From: the human T2T-CHM13v2.0 reference genome, Homo sapiens
Strand: one strand, 5' to 3'
Length of the DNA: 64,000 bases
NCBI RefSeq assembly: GCF_009914755.1
Contig: NC_060940.1
A model generated the notes under the pieces. The model had not been told where the DNA came from. It saw nothing but the letters and a program-made list of their open reading frames with translations, and searched no databases. The position numbers were made by a program, and so were the translations under genes. This document shows positions 50,058 through 63,564 of the stretch, one piece after another; positions within the stretch are counted from its first letter, which is position 1; every line of letters starts with the position of its first letter.

Positions 50058-53000
50058 CTTTCTCAGAAACTGCTCTGGGATGTGTGCGTTCAACTCACAG
50101 AGTTTAACTTTTCTTTTCATTCAGCAGTTTGGAAACACTCTGTTTGGAAAGTCTGCACGTGGATATTTTGACCTCTTTGAGGCCTTCGTTGGAAACGGGT
50201 TTTTTTCATGTAAGGCTAGACAGAAGAAATCTCAGTAACTTCCTTGTGTTGTGTGTATTCAACTGACAGAGTTGAACCTTCCTTTAGACAGAGCAGATTC
50301 GAAACACTCTTTTTCTGCAATTTGCAAGTGGAGACTTCAAGCGCTTTGAGGCCAAAGGCAGAAAAGGAAATATCTTCGTATAAAAACCCGACAGAATCAT
50401 TCTCAGAAACTGCTCTGTGATGTGTGCGTTCAACTCACAGAGTTTAACTTTTCTTTTCATTCAGCAGTTTGGAAACACTCTGTTTGTAAAGTCTGCAAGT
50501 GGATATCTTGGCCTCTTAGAGGCCTTCGTTGGAAGCGGGTTTTTTCATGTAAGGATAGACAGAGGAATTCCCAGTAACTTCCTTGTGTTGTGTGCATTCA
50601 ACTCACAGAGTTGAATGATTCTTTACACAGAGCAGATTTGAGACACTCTTTTGGTGGAATTTGTAAGTGGAGAATTCAGCCGCTTTGAGGTCAACGGTAG
50701 AAAAGGAAATATCTTCGTATAAAAACTAGACAGAATGATTCTCAGAAACTGTTTTGTGATGTGTGCGTTCAACTCACAGAGTTTAACCTTTCTTTTCAAA
50801 GAGCAGTTAGGAAACACTCTGTTTGTAAAGTCTGCAAGTGGATATTCAGACCTCTTTGAGGCCTTCGTTGGAAACGGGATTTCTTCATATTATGCTAGAC
50901 AGATGAATTCTCAGTAACTTCCTTGTGTTGTGTGTATTCAACTCACAGAGTTGAACGATCCTTTACACAGAGCAGATTTGAAACACTGTTTTTCTGGAAT
51001 TTGCAAGTGGAGATTTCAGCCGCTTTGAGGTCAATGGTAGAAAAGGAAATATCTTCGTATAAAAACTAGACAGAATGATTCTCAGAAACTCCTTTGTGAT
51101 GTGTGCGTTCAACTCACAGAGTTTAACCTTTCTTTTCACAGAGCAGTTAGGAAACACTCTGTTTGTGAAGCCTGCCAGTGGATATTCGGACCTCTTTGAG
51201 GCCTTCGTTGGAAACGGGATTTCTTCATATTATGCTAGACAGAAGATTTCTCAGTAACTTCTTTGTGTTGTGTGTATGCAACTCACAGAGTTCAACCTTC
51301 CTTTAGACAGAGCAGATTTGAAACACTCTTTTTGTGGAATTTGCAAGTGGAGATTTCAAGCGCTTCGATGCCAATGGTAGAAAAGGAAATATCTTCGTAT
51401 AAAAACAAGACAAACTCGTTCCCAGACACTGCGTAGTGATGTGTGTGTTTAACTCACAGAGTTTAACCTTTCTTTTCATACAGCATTCTGGAAACCCTGT
51501 GTTTGTAAAGTCTGCAAGTGGATATTTGGACCTCTTAGATGCCTTCGTTGGAAACGGGATTTCTTCATATAATGCTAGAGGGAAGAATTCTTAGTAACTT
51601 CTTTGTGTTGTGTGTATTCAACTGACAGAGTTGAACCTTCCTTTAGACAGAGCAGATTTGAAAGTCTCTTTTTGTGGAATTTGCAAGTGGAGATTTCAAG
51701 CGCTTTGAGGCCAAAAGCAGAAAAGGAAATATTTTCCTATAAAAACTCGACAGAATCTTTCTCAGAAACTGCTCTGGGATGTGTGCGTTCAACTCACAGA
51801 GTTTAACTTTTCTTTTCATTCAGCAGTTTGGAAACACTCTGTTTGGAAAGTCTGCACGTGGATATTTTGACCTCTTTGAGGCCTTCGTTGGAAACGGGTT
51901 TTTTTCATGTAAGGCTAGACAGAAGAAATCTCAGTAACTTCCTTGTGTTGTGTGTATTCAACTGACAGAGTTGAACCTTCCTTTAGACAGAGCAGATTCG
52001 AAACACTCTTTTTCTGCAATTTGCAAGTGGAGACTTCAAGCGCTTTGAGGCCAAAGGCAGAAAAGGAAATATCTTCGTATAAAAACCCGACAGAATCATT
52101 CTCAGAAACTGCTCTGTGATGTGTGCGTTCAACTCACAGAGTTTAACTTTTCTTTTCATTCAGCAGTTTGGAAACACTCTGTTTGTAAAGTCTGCAAGTG
52201 GATATCTTGGCCTCTTAGAGGCCTTCGTTGGAAACGGGTTTTTTCATGTAAGGTTAGACAGAGGAATTCCCAGTAACTTCCTTGTGTTGTGTGCATTCAA
52301 CTCACAGAGTTGAATGATTCTTTACACAGAGCAGATTTGAGACACTCTTTTGGTGGAATTTGTAAGTGGAGAATTCAGCCGCTTTGAGGTCAACGGTAGA
52401 AAAGGAAATATCTTCGTATAAAAACTAGACAGAATGATTCTCAGAAACTGTTTTGTGATGTGTGCGTTCAACTCACAGAGTTTAACCTTTCTTTTCAAAG
52501 AGCAGTTAGGAAACACTCTGTTTGTAAAGTCTGCAAGTGGATATTCAGACCTCTTTGAGGCCTTCGTTGGAAACGGGATTTCTTCATATTATGCTAGACA
52601 GATGAATTCTCAGTAACTTCCTTGTGTTGTGTGTATTCAACTCACAGAGTTGAACGATCCTTTACACAGAGCAGATTTGAAACACTGTTTTTCTGGAATT
52701 TGCAAGTGGAGATTTCAGCCGCTTTGAGGTCAATGGTAGAAAAGGAAATATCTTCGTATAAAAACTAGACAGAATGATTCTCAGAAACTCCTTTGTGATG
52801 TGTGCGTTCAACTCACAGAGTTTAACCTTTCTTTTCACAGAGCAGTTAGGAAACACTCTGTTTGTGAAGCCTGCCAGTGGATATTCGGACCTCTTTGAGG
52901 CCTTCGTTGGAAACGGGATTTCTTCATATTATGCTAGACAGAAGATTTCTCAGTAACTTCTTTGTGTTGTGTGTATGCAACTCACAGAGTTCAACCTTCC

Positions 53001-56000
53001 TTTAGACAGAGCAGATTTGAAACACTCTTTTTGTGGAATTTGCAAGTGGAGATTTCAAGCGCTTCGATGCCAATGGTAGAAAAGGAAATATCTTCGTATA
53101 AAAACAAGACAAACTCGTTCCCAGACACTGCGTAGTGATGTGTGTGTTTAACTCACAGAGTTTCACCTTTCTTTTCATACAGCATTCTGGAAACCCTGTG
53201 TTTGTAAAGTCTGCAAGTGGATATTTGGACCTCTTAGATGCCTTCGTTGGAAACGGGATTTCTTCATATAATGCTAGAGGGAAGAATTCTTAGTAACTTC
53301 TTTGTGTTGTGTGTATTCAACTGACAGAGTTGAACCTTCCTTTAGACAGAGCAGATTTGAAAGTCTCTTTTTGTGGAATTTGCAAGTGGAGATTTCAAGC
53401 GCTTTGAGGCCAAAAGCAGAAAAGGAAATATTTTCCTATAAAAACTCGACAGAATCTTTCTCAGAAACTGCTCTGGGATGTGTGCGTTCAACTCACAGAG
53501 TTTAACTTTTCTTTTCATTCAGCAGTTTGGAAACACTCTGTTTGGAAAGTCTGCACGTGGATATTTTGACCTCTTTGAGGCCTTCGTTGGAAACGGGTTT
53601 TTTTCATGTAAGGCTAGACAGAAGAAATCTCAGTAACTTCCTTGTGTTGTGTGTATTCAACTGACAGAGTTGAACCTTCCTTTAGACAGAGCAGATTCGA
53701 AACACTCTTTTTCTGCAATTTGCAAGTGGAGACTTCAAGCGCTTTGAGGCCAAAGGCAGAAAAGGAAATATCTTCGTATAAAAACCCGACAGAATCATTC
53801 TCAGAAACTGCTCTGTGATGTGTGCGTTCAACTCACAGAGTTTAACTTTTCTTTTCATTCAGCAGTTTGGAAACACTCTGTTTGTAAAGTCTGCAAGTGG
53901 ATATCTTGGCCTCTTAGAGGCCTTCGTTGGAAGCGGGTTTTTTCATGTAAGGATAGACAGAGGAATTCCCAGTAACTTCCTTGTGTTGTGTGCATTCAAC
54001 TCACAGAGTTGAATGATTCTTTACACAGAGCAGATTTGAGACACTCTTTTGGTGGAATTTGTAAGTGGAGAATTCAGCCGCTTTGAGGTCAACGGTAGAA
54101 AAGGAAATATCTTCGTATAAAAACTAGACAGAATGATTCTCAGAAACTGTTTTGTGATGTGTGCGTTCAACTCACAGAGTTTAACCTTTCTTTTCAAAGA
54201 GCAGTTAGGAAACACTCTGTTTGTAAAGTCTGCAAGTGGATATTCAGACCTCTTTGAGGCCTTCGTTGGAAACGGGATTTCTTCATATTATGCTAGACAG
54301 ATGAATTCTCAGTAACTTCCTTGTGTTGTGTGTATTCAACTCACAGAGTTGAACGATCCTTTACACAGAGCAGATTTGAAACACTGTTTTTCTGGAATTT
54401 GCAAGTGGAGATTTCAGCCGCTTTGAGGTCAATGGTAGAAAAGGAAATATCTTCGTATAAAAACTAGACAGAATGATTCTCAGAAACTCCTTTGTGATGT
54501 GTGCGTTCAACTCACAGAGTTTAACCTTTCTTTTCACAGAGCAGTTAGGAAACACTCTGTTTGTGAAGCCTGCCAGTGGATATTCGGACCTCTTTGAGGC
54601 CTTCGTTGGAAACGGGATTTCTTCATATTATGCTAGACAGAAGATTTCTCAGTAACTTCTTTGTGTTGTGTGTATGCAACTCACAGAGTTCAACCTTCCT
54701 TTAGACAGAGCAGATTTGAAACACTCTTTTTGTGGAATTTGCAAGTGGAGATTTCAAGCGCTTCGATGCCAATGGTAGAAAAGGAAATATCTTCGTATAA
54801 AAACAAGACAAACTCGTTCCCAGACACTGCGTAGTGATGTGTGTGTTTAACTCACAGAGTTTAACCTTTCTTTTCATACAGCATTCTGGAAACCCTGTGT
54901 TTGTAAAGTCTGCAAGTGGATATTTGGACCTCTTAGATGCCTTCGTTGGAAACGGGATTTCTTCATATAATGCTAGAGGGAAGAATTCTTAGTAACTTCT
55001 TTGTGTTGTGTGTATTCAACTGACAGAGTTGAACCTTCCTTTAGACAGAGCAGATTTGAAAGTCTCTTTTTGTGGAATTTGCAAGTGGAGATTTCAAGCG
55101 CTTTGAGGCCAAAAGCAGAAAAGGAAATATTTTCCTATAAAAACTCGACAGAATCTTTCTCAGAAACTGCTCTGGGATGTGTGCGTTCAACTCACAGAGT
55201 TTAACTTTTCTTTTCATTCAGCAGTTTGGAAACACTCTGTTTGGAAAGTCTGCACGTGGATATTTTGACCTCTTTGAGGCCTTCGTTGGAAACGGGTTTT
55301 TTTCATGTAAGGCTAGACAGAAGAAATCTCAGTAACTTCCTTGTGTTGTGTGTATTCAACTGACAGAGTTGAACCTTCCTTTAGACAGAGCAGATTCGAA
55401 ACACTCTTTTTCTGCAATTTGCAAGTGGAGACTTCAAGCGCTTTGAGGCCAAAGGCAGAAAAGGAAATATCTTCGTATAAAAACCCGACAGAATCATTCT
55501 CAGAAACTGCTCTGTGATGTGTGCGTTCAACTCACAGAGTTTAACTTTTCTTTTCATTCAGCAGTTTGGAAACACTCTGTTTGTAAAGTCTGCAAGTGGA
55601 TATCTTGGCCTCTTAGAGGCCTTCGTTGGAAACGGGTTTTTTCATGTAAGGTTAGACAGAGGAATTCCCAGTAACTTCCTTGTGTTGTGTGCATTCAACT
55701 CACAGAGTTGAATGATTCTTTACACAGAGCAGATTTGAGACACTCTTTTGGTGGAATTTGTAAGTGGAGAATTCAGCCGCTTTGAGGTCAACGGTAGAAA
55801 AGGAAATATCTTCGTATAAAAACTAGACAGAATGATTCTCAGAAACTGTTTTGTGATGTGTGCGTTCAACTCACAGAGTTTAACCTTTCTTTTCAAAGAG
55901 CAGTTAGGAAACACTCTGTTTGTAAAGTCTGCAAGTGGATATTCAGACCTCTTTGAGGCCTTCGTTGGAAACGGGATTTCTTCATATTATGCTAGACAGA

Positions 56001-56768
56001 TGAATTCTCAGTAACTTCCTTGTGTTGTGTGTATTCAACTCACAGAGTTGAACGATCCTTTACACAGAGCAGATTTGAAACACTGTTTTTCTGGAATTTG
56101 CAAGTGGAGATTTCAGCCGCTTTGAGGTCAATGGTAGAAAAGGAAATATCTTCGTATAAAAACTAGACAGAATGATTCTCAGAAACTCCTTTGTGATGTG
56201 TGCGTTCAACTCACAGAGTTTAACCTTTCTTTTCACAGAGCAGTTAGGAAACACTCTGTTTGTGAAGCCTGCCAGTGGATATTCGGACCTCTTTGAGGCC
56301 TTCGTTGGAAACGGGATTTCTTCATATTATGCTAGACAGAAGATTTCTCAGTAACTTCTTTGTGTTGTGTGTATGCAACTCACAGAGTTCAACCTTCCTT
56401 TAGACAGAGCAGATTTGAAACACTCTTTTTGTGGAATTTGCAAGTGGAGATTTCAAGCGCTTCGATGCCAATGGTAGAAAAGGAAATATCTTCGTATAAA
56501 AACAAGACAAACTCGTTCCCAGACACTGCGTAGTGATGTGTGTGTTTAACTCACAGAGTTTAACCTTTCTTTTCATACAGCATTCTGGAAACCCTGTGTT
56601 TGTAAAGTCTGCAAGTGGATATTTGGACCTCTTAGATGCCTTCGTTGGAAACGGGATTTCTTCATATAATGCTAGAGGGAAGAATTCTTAGTAACTTCTT
56701 TGTGTTGTGTGTATTCAACTGACAGAGTTGAACCTTCCTTTAGACAGAGCAGATTTGAAAGTCTCTTT

Positions 56769-59700
56769 CTGTGGAATTTGCAAGTGGAGATTTCAAGCGC
56801 TTTGAGGCCAAAAGCAGAAAAGGAAATATTTTGCTATAAAAACTCGACAGAATCTTTCTCAGAAACTGCTCTGGGATGTGTGCGTTCAACTCACAGAGTT
56901 TAACTTTTCTTTTCATTCAGCAGTTTGGAAACACTCTGTTTGGAAAGTCTGCACGTGGATATTTTGACCTCTTTGAGGCCTTCGTTGGAAACGGGTTTTT
57001 TTCATGTAAGGCTAGACAGAAGAAATCTCAGTAACTTCCTTGTGTTGTGTGTATTCAACTGACAGAGTTGAACCTTCCTTTAGACAGAGCAGATTCGAAA
57101 CACTCTTTTTCTGCAATTTGCAAGTGGAGACTTCAAGCGCTTTGAGGCCAAAGGCAGAAAAGGAAATATCTTCGTATAAAAACCCGACAGAATCATTCTC
57201 AGAAACTGCTCTGTGATGTGTGCGTTCAACTCACAGAGTTTAACTTTTCTTTTCATTCAGCAGTTTGGAAACACTCTGTTTGTAAAGTCTGCAAGTGGAT
57301 ATCTTGGCCTCTTAGAGGCCTTCGTTGGAAGCGGGTTTTTTCATGTAAGGATAGACAGAGGAATTCCCAGTAACTTCCTTGTGTTGTGTGCATTCAACTC
57401 ACAGAGTTGAATGATTCTTTACACAGAGCAGATTTGAGACACTCTTTTGGTGGAATTTGTAAGTGGAGAATTCAGCCGCTTTGAGGTCAACGGTAGAAAA
57501 GGAAATATCTTCGTATAAAAACTAGACAGAATGATTCTCAGAAACTGTTTTGTGATGTGTGCGTTCAACTCACAGAGTTTAACCTTTCTTTTCAAAGAGC
57601 AGTTAGGAAACACTCTGTTTGTAAAGTCTGCAAGTGGATATTCAGACCTCTTTGAGGCCTTCGTTGGAAACGGGATTTCTTCATATTATGCTAGACAGAT
57701 GAATTCTCAGTAACTTCCTTGTGTTGTGTGTATTCAACTCACAGAGTTGAACGATCCTTTACACAGAGCAGATTTGAAACACTGTTTTTCTGGAATTTGC
57801 AAGTGGAGATTTCAGCCGCTTTGAGGTCAATGGTAGAAAAGGAAATATCTTCGTATAAAAACTAGACAGAATGATTCTCAGAAACTCCTTTGTGATGTGT
57901 GCGTTCAACTCACAGAGTTTAACCTTTCTTTTCACAGAGCAGTTAGGAAACACTCTGTTTGTGAAGCCTGCCAGTGGATATTCGGACCTCTTTGAGGCCT
58001 TCGTTGGAAACGGGATTTCTTCATATTATGCTAGACAGAAGATTTCTCAGTAACTTCTTTGTGTTGTGTGTATGCAACTCACAGAGTTCAACCTTCCTTT
58101 AGACAGAGCAGATTTGAAACACTCTTTTTGTGGAATTTGCAAGTGGAGATTTCAAGCGCTTCGATGCCAATGGTAGAAAAGGAAATATCTTCGTAGAAAA
58201 ACAAGACAAACTCGTTCCCAGACACTGCGTAGTGATGTGTGTGTTTAACTCACAGAGTTTAACCTTTCTTTTCATACAGCATTCTGGAAACCCTGTGTTT
58301 GTAAAGTCTGCAAGTGGATATTTGGACCTCTTAGATGCCTTCGTTGGAAACGGGATTTCTTCATATAATGCTAGAGGGAAGAATTCTTAGTAACTTCTTT
58401 GTGTTGTGTGTATTCAACTGACAGAGTTGAACCTTCCTTTAGACAGAGCAGATTTGAAAGTCTCTTTTTGTGGAATTTGCAAGTGGAGATTTCAAGCGCT
58501 TTGAGGCCAAAAGCAGAAAAGGAAATATTTTCCTATAAAAACTCGACAGAATCTTTCTCAGAAACTGCTCTGGGATGTGTGCGTTCAACTCACAGAGTTT
58601 AACTTTTCTTTTCATTCAGCAGTTTGGAAACACTCTGTTTGGAAAGTCTGCACGTGGATATTTTGACCTCTTTGAGGCCTTCGTTGGAAACGGGTTTTTT
58701 TCATGTAAGGCTAGACAGAAGAAATCTCAGTAACTTCCTTGTGTTGTGTGTATTCAACTGACAGAGTTGAACCTTCCTTTAGACAGAGCAGATTCGAAAC
58801 ACTCTTTTTCTGCAATTTGCAAGTGGAGACTTCAAGCGCTTTGAGGCCAAAGGCAGAAAAGGAAATATCTTCGTATAAAAACCCGACAGAATCATTCTCA
58901 GAAACTGCTCTGTGATGTGTGCGTTCAACTCACAGAGTTTAACTTTTCTTTTCATTCAGCAGTTTGGAAACACTCTGTTTGTAAAGTCTGCAAGTGGATA
59001 TCTTGGCCTCTTAGAGGCCTTCGTTGGAAACGGGTTTTTTCATGTAAGGTTAGACAGAGGAATTCCCAGTAACTTCCTTGTGTTGTGTGCATTCAACTCA
59101 CAGAGTTGAATGATTCTTTACACAGAGCAGATTTGAGACACTCTTTTGGTGGAATTTGTAAGTGGAGAATTCAGCCGCTTTGAGGTCAACGATAGAAAAG
59201 CAAATATCTTCGTATAAAAACTAGACAGAATGATTCTCAGAAACTGTTTTGTGATGTGTGCGTTCAACTCACAGAGTTTAACCTTTCTTTTCAAAGAGCA
59301 GTTAGGAAACACTCTGTTTGTAAAGTCTGCAAGTGGATATTCAGACCTCTTTGAGGCCTTCGTTGGAAACGGGATTTCTTCATATTATGCTAGACAGATG
59401 AATTCTCAGTAACTTCCTTGTGTTGTGTGTATTCAACTCACAGAGTTAAACGATCCTTTACACAGAGCAGATTTGAAACACTGTTTTTCTGGAATTTGCA
59501 AGTGGAGATTTCAGCCCCTTTGAGGTCAATGGTAGAAAAGGAAATATCTTCGTATAAAAACTAGACAGAATGATTCTCAGAAACTCCTTTGTGATGTGTG
59601 CGTTCAACTCACAGAGTTTAACCTTTCTTTTCACAGAGCAGTTAGGAAACACTCTGTTTGTGAAGCCTGCCAGTGGATATTCGGACCTCTTTGAGGCCTT

Positions 59701-62700
59701 CGTTGGAAACGGGATTTCTTCATATTATGCTAGACAGAAGATTTCTCAGTAACTTCTTTGTGTTGTGTGTATGCAACTCACAGAGTTCAACCTTCCTTTA
59801 GACAGAGCAGATTTGAAACACTCTTTTTGTGGAATTTGCAAGTGGAGATTTCAAGCGCTTCGATGCCAATGGTAGAAAAGGAAATATCTTCGTATAAAAA
59901 CAAGACAAACTCGTTCCCAGACACTGCGTAGTGATGTGTGTGTTTAACTCACAGAGTTTAACCTTTCTTTTCATACAGCATTCTGGAAACCCTGTGTTTG
60001 TAAAGTCTGCAAGTGGATATTTGGACCTCTTAGATGCCTTCGTTGGAAACGGGATTTCTTCATATAATGCTAGAGGGAAGAATTCTTAGTAACTTCTTTG
60101 TGTTGTGTGTATTCAACTGACAGAGTTGAACCTTCCTTTAGACAGAGCAGATTTGAAAGTCTCTTTCTGTGGAATTTGCAAGTGGAGATTTCAAGCGCTT
60201 TGAGGCCAAAAGCAGAAAAGGAAATATTTTCCTATAAAAACTCGACAGAATCTTTCTCAGAAACTGCTCTGGGATGTGTGCGTTCAACTCACAGAGTTTA
60301 ACTTTTCTTTTCATTCAGCAGTTTGGAAACACTCTGTTTGGAAAGTCTGCACGTGGATATTTTGACCTCTTTGAGGCCTTCGTTGGAAACGGGTTTTTTT
60401 CATGTAAGGCTAGACAGAAGAAATCTCAGTAACTTCCTTGTGTTGTGTGTATTCAACTGACAGAGTTGAACCTTCCTTTAGACAGAGCAGATTCGAAACA
60501 CTCTTTTTCTGCAATTTGCAAGTGGAGACTTCAAGCGCTTTGAGGCCAAAGGCAGAAAAGGAAATATCTTCGTATAAAAACCCGACAGAATCATTCTCAG
60601 AAACTGCTCTGTGATGTGTGCGTTCAACTCACAGAGTTTAACTTTTCTTTTCATTCAGCAGTTTGGAAACACTCTGTTTGTAAAGTCTGCAAGTGGATAT
60701 CTTGGCCTCTTAGAGGCCTTCGTTGGAAGCGGGTTTTTTCATGTAAGGATAGACAGAGGAATTCCCAGTAACTTCCTTGTGTTGTGTGCATTCAACTCAC
60801 AGAGTTGAATGATTCTTTACACAGAGCAGATTTGAGACACTCTTTTGGTGGAATTTGTAAGTGGAGAATTCAGCCGCTTTGAGGTCAACGGTAGAAAAGG
60901 AAATATCTTCGTATAAAAACTAGACAGAATGATTCTCAGAAACTGTTTTGTGATGTGTGCGTTCAACTCACAGAGTTTAACCTTTCTTTTCAAAGAGCAG
61001 TTAGGAAACACTCTGTTTGTAAAGTCTGCAAGTGGATATTCAGACCTCTTTGAGGCCTTCGTTGGAAACGGGATTTCTTCATATTATGCTAGACAGATGA
61101 ATTCTCAGTAACTTCCTTGTGTTGTGTGTATTCAACTCACAGAGTTGAACGATCCTTTACACAGAGCAGATTTGAAACACTGTTTTTCTGGAATTTGCAA
61201 GTGGAGATTTCAGCCGCTTTGAGGTCAATGGTAGAAAAGGAAATATCTTCGTATAAAAACTAGACAGAATGATTCTCAGAAACTCCTTTGTGATGTGTGC
61301 GTTCAACTCACAGAGTTTAACCTTTCTTTTCACAGAGCAGTTAGGAAACACTCTGTTTGTGAAGCCTGCCAGTGGATATTCGGACCTCTTTGAGGCCTTC
61401 GTTGGAAACGGGATTTCTTCATATTATGCTAGACAGAAGATTTCTCAGTAACTTCTTTGTGTTGTGTGTATGCAACTCACAGAGTTCAACCTTCCTTTAG
61501 ACAGAGCAGATTTGAAACACTCTTTTTGTGGAATTTGCAAGTGGAGATTTCAAGCGCTTCGATGCCAATGGTAGAAAAGGAAATATCTTCGTAGAAAAAC
61601 AAGACAAACTCGTTCCCAGACACTGCGTAGTGATGTGTGTGTTTAACTCACAGAGTTTAACCTTTCTTTTCATACAGCATTCTGGAAACCCTGTGTTTGT
61701 AAAGTCTGCAAGTGGATATTTGGACCTCTTAGATGCCTTCGTTGGAAACGGGATTTCTTCATATAATGCTAGAGGGAAGAATTCTTAGTAACTTCTTTGT
61801 GTTGTGTGTATTCAACTGACAGAGTTGAACCTTCCTTTAGACAGAGCAGATTTGAAAGTCTCTTTTTGTGGAATTTGCAAGTGGAGATTTCAAGCGCTTT
61901 GAGGCCAAAAGCAGAAAAGGAAATATTTTCCTATAAAAACTCGACAGAATCTTTCTCAGAAACTGCTCTGGGATGTGTGCGTTCAACTCACAGAGTTTAA
62001 CTTTTCTTTTCATTCAGCAGTTTGGAAACACTCTGTTTGGAAAGTCTGCACGTGGATATTTTGACCTCTTTGAGGCCTTCGTTGGAAACGGGTTTTTTTC
62101 ATGTAAGGCTAGACAGAAGAAATCTCAGTAACTTCCTTGTGTTGTGTGTATTCAACTGACAGAGTTGAACCTTCCTTTAGACAGAGCAGATTCGAAACAC
62201 TCTTTTTCTGCAATTTGCAAGTGGAGACTTCAAGCGCTTTGAGGCCAAAGGCAGAAAAGGAAATATCTTCGTATAAAAACCCGACAGAATCATTCTCAGA
62301 AACTGCTCTGTGATGTGTGCGTTCAACTCACAGAGTTTAACTTTTCTTTTCATTCAGCAGTTTGGAAACACTCTGTTTGTAAAGTCTGCAAGTGGATATC
62401 TTGGCCTCTTAGAGGCCTTCGTTGGAAACGGGTTTTTTCATGTAAGGTTAGACAGAGGAATTCCCAGTAACTTCCTTGTGTTGTGTGCATTCAACTCACA
62501 GAGTTGAATGATTCTTTACACAGAGCAGATTTGAGACACTCTTTTGGTGGAATTTGTAAGTGGAGAATTCAGCCGCTTTGAGGTCAACGATAGAAAAGCA
62601 AATATCTTCGTATAAAAACTAGACAGAATGATTCTCAGAAACTGTTTTGTGATGTGTGCGTTCAACTCACAGAGTTTAACCTTTCTTTTCAAAGAGCAGT

Positions 62701-63564
62701 TAGGAAACACTCTGTTTGTAAAGTCTGCAAGTGGATATTCAGACCTCTTTGAGGCCTTCGTTGGAAACGGGATTTCTTCATATTATGCTAGACAGATGAA
62801 TTCTCAGTAACTTCCTTGTGTTGTGTGTATTCAACTCACAGAGTTAAACGATCCTTTACACAGAGCAGATTTGAAACACTGTTTTTCTGGAATTTGCAAG
62901 TGGAGATTTCAGCCCCTTTGAGGTCAATGGTAGAAAAGGAAATATCTTCGTATAAAAACTAGACAGAATGATTCTCAGAAACTCCTTTGTGATGTGTGCG
63001 TTCAACTCACAGAGTTTAACCTTTCTTTTCACAGAGCAGTTAGGAAACACTCTGTTTGTGAAGCCTGCCAGTGGATATTCGGACCTCTTTGAGGCCTTCG
63101 TTGGAAACGGGATTTCTTCATATTATGCTAGACAGAAGATTTCTCAGTAACTTCTTTGTGTTGTGTGTATGCAACTCACAGAGTTCAACCTTCCTTTAGA
63201 CAGAGCAGATTTGAAACACTCTTTTTGTGGAATTTGCAAGTGGAGATTTCAAGCGCTTCGATGCCAATGGTAGAAAAGGAAATATCTTCGTATAAAAACA
63301 AGACAAACTCGTTCCCAGACACTGCGTAGTGATGTGTGTGTTTAACTCACAGAGTTTAACCTTTCTTTTCATACAGCATTCTGGAAAACCTGTGTTTGTA
63401 AAGTCTGCAAGTGGATATTTGGACCTCTTAGATGCCTTCGTTGGAAACGGGATTTCTTCATATAATGCTAGAGGGAAGAATTCTTAGTAACTTCTTTGTG
63501 TTGTGTGTATTCAACTGACAGAGTTGAACCTTCCTTTAGACAGAGCAGATTTGAAAGTCTCTTT
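56769..63564 (+). repeat. 3,398-bp tandem duplication (two HORs, 20-mer)
   Basis: SNVs pair at 3,398 bp: 56769/60167 and 58196/61594. The ACGATAG/AAGCAA/GTTAAACG/GCCCCT set occurs in the units anchored at 58912 and 62310, and GAAGCGGG in those at 57213 and 60611. Boundaries are approximate. Confidence 0.85.

Noticed and set aside
49635-61788. Longer 86-aa ORFs at 49635, 58130 and 61528
   Set aside because: They result from one T>G SNV removing a TAA stop in m8. They are useful as a haplotype marker but are not evidence of a gene.
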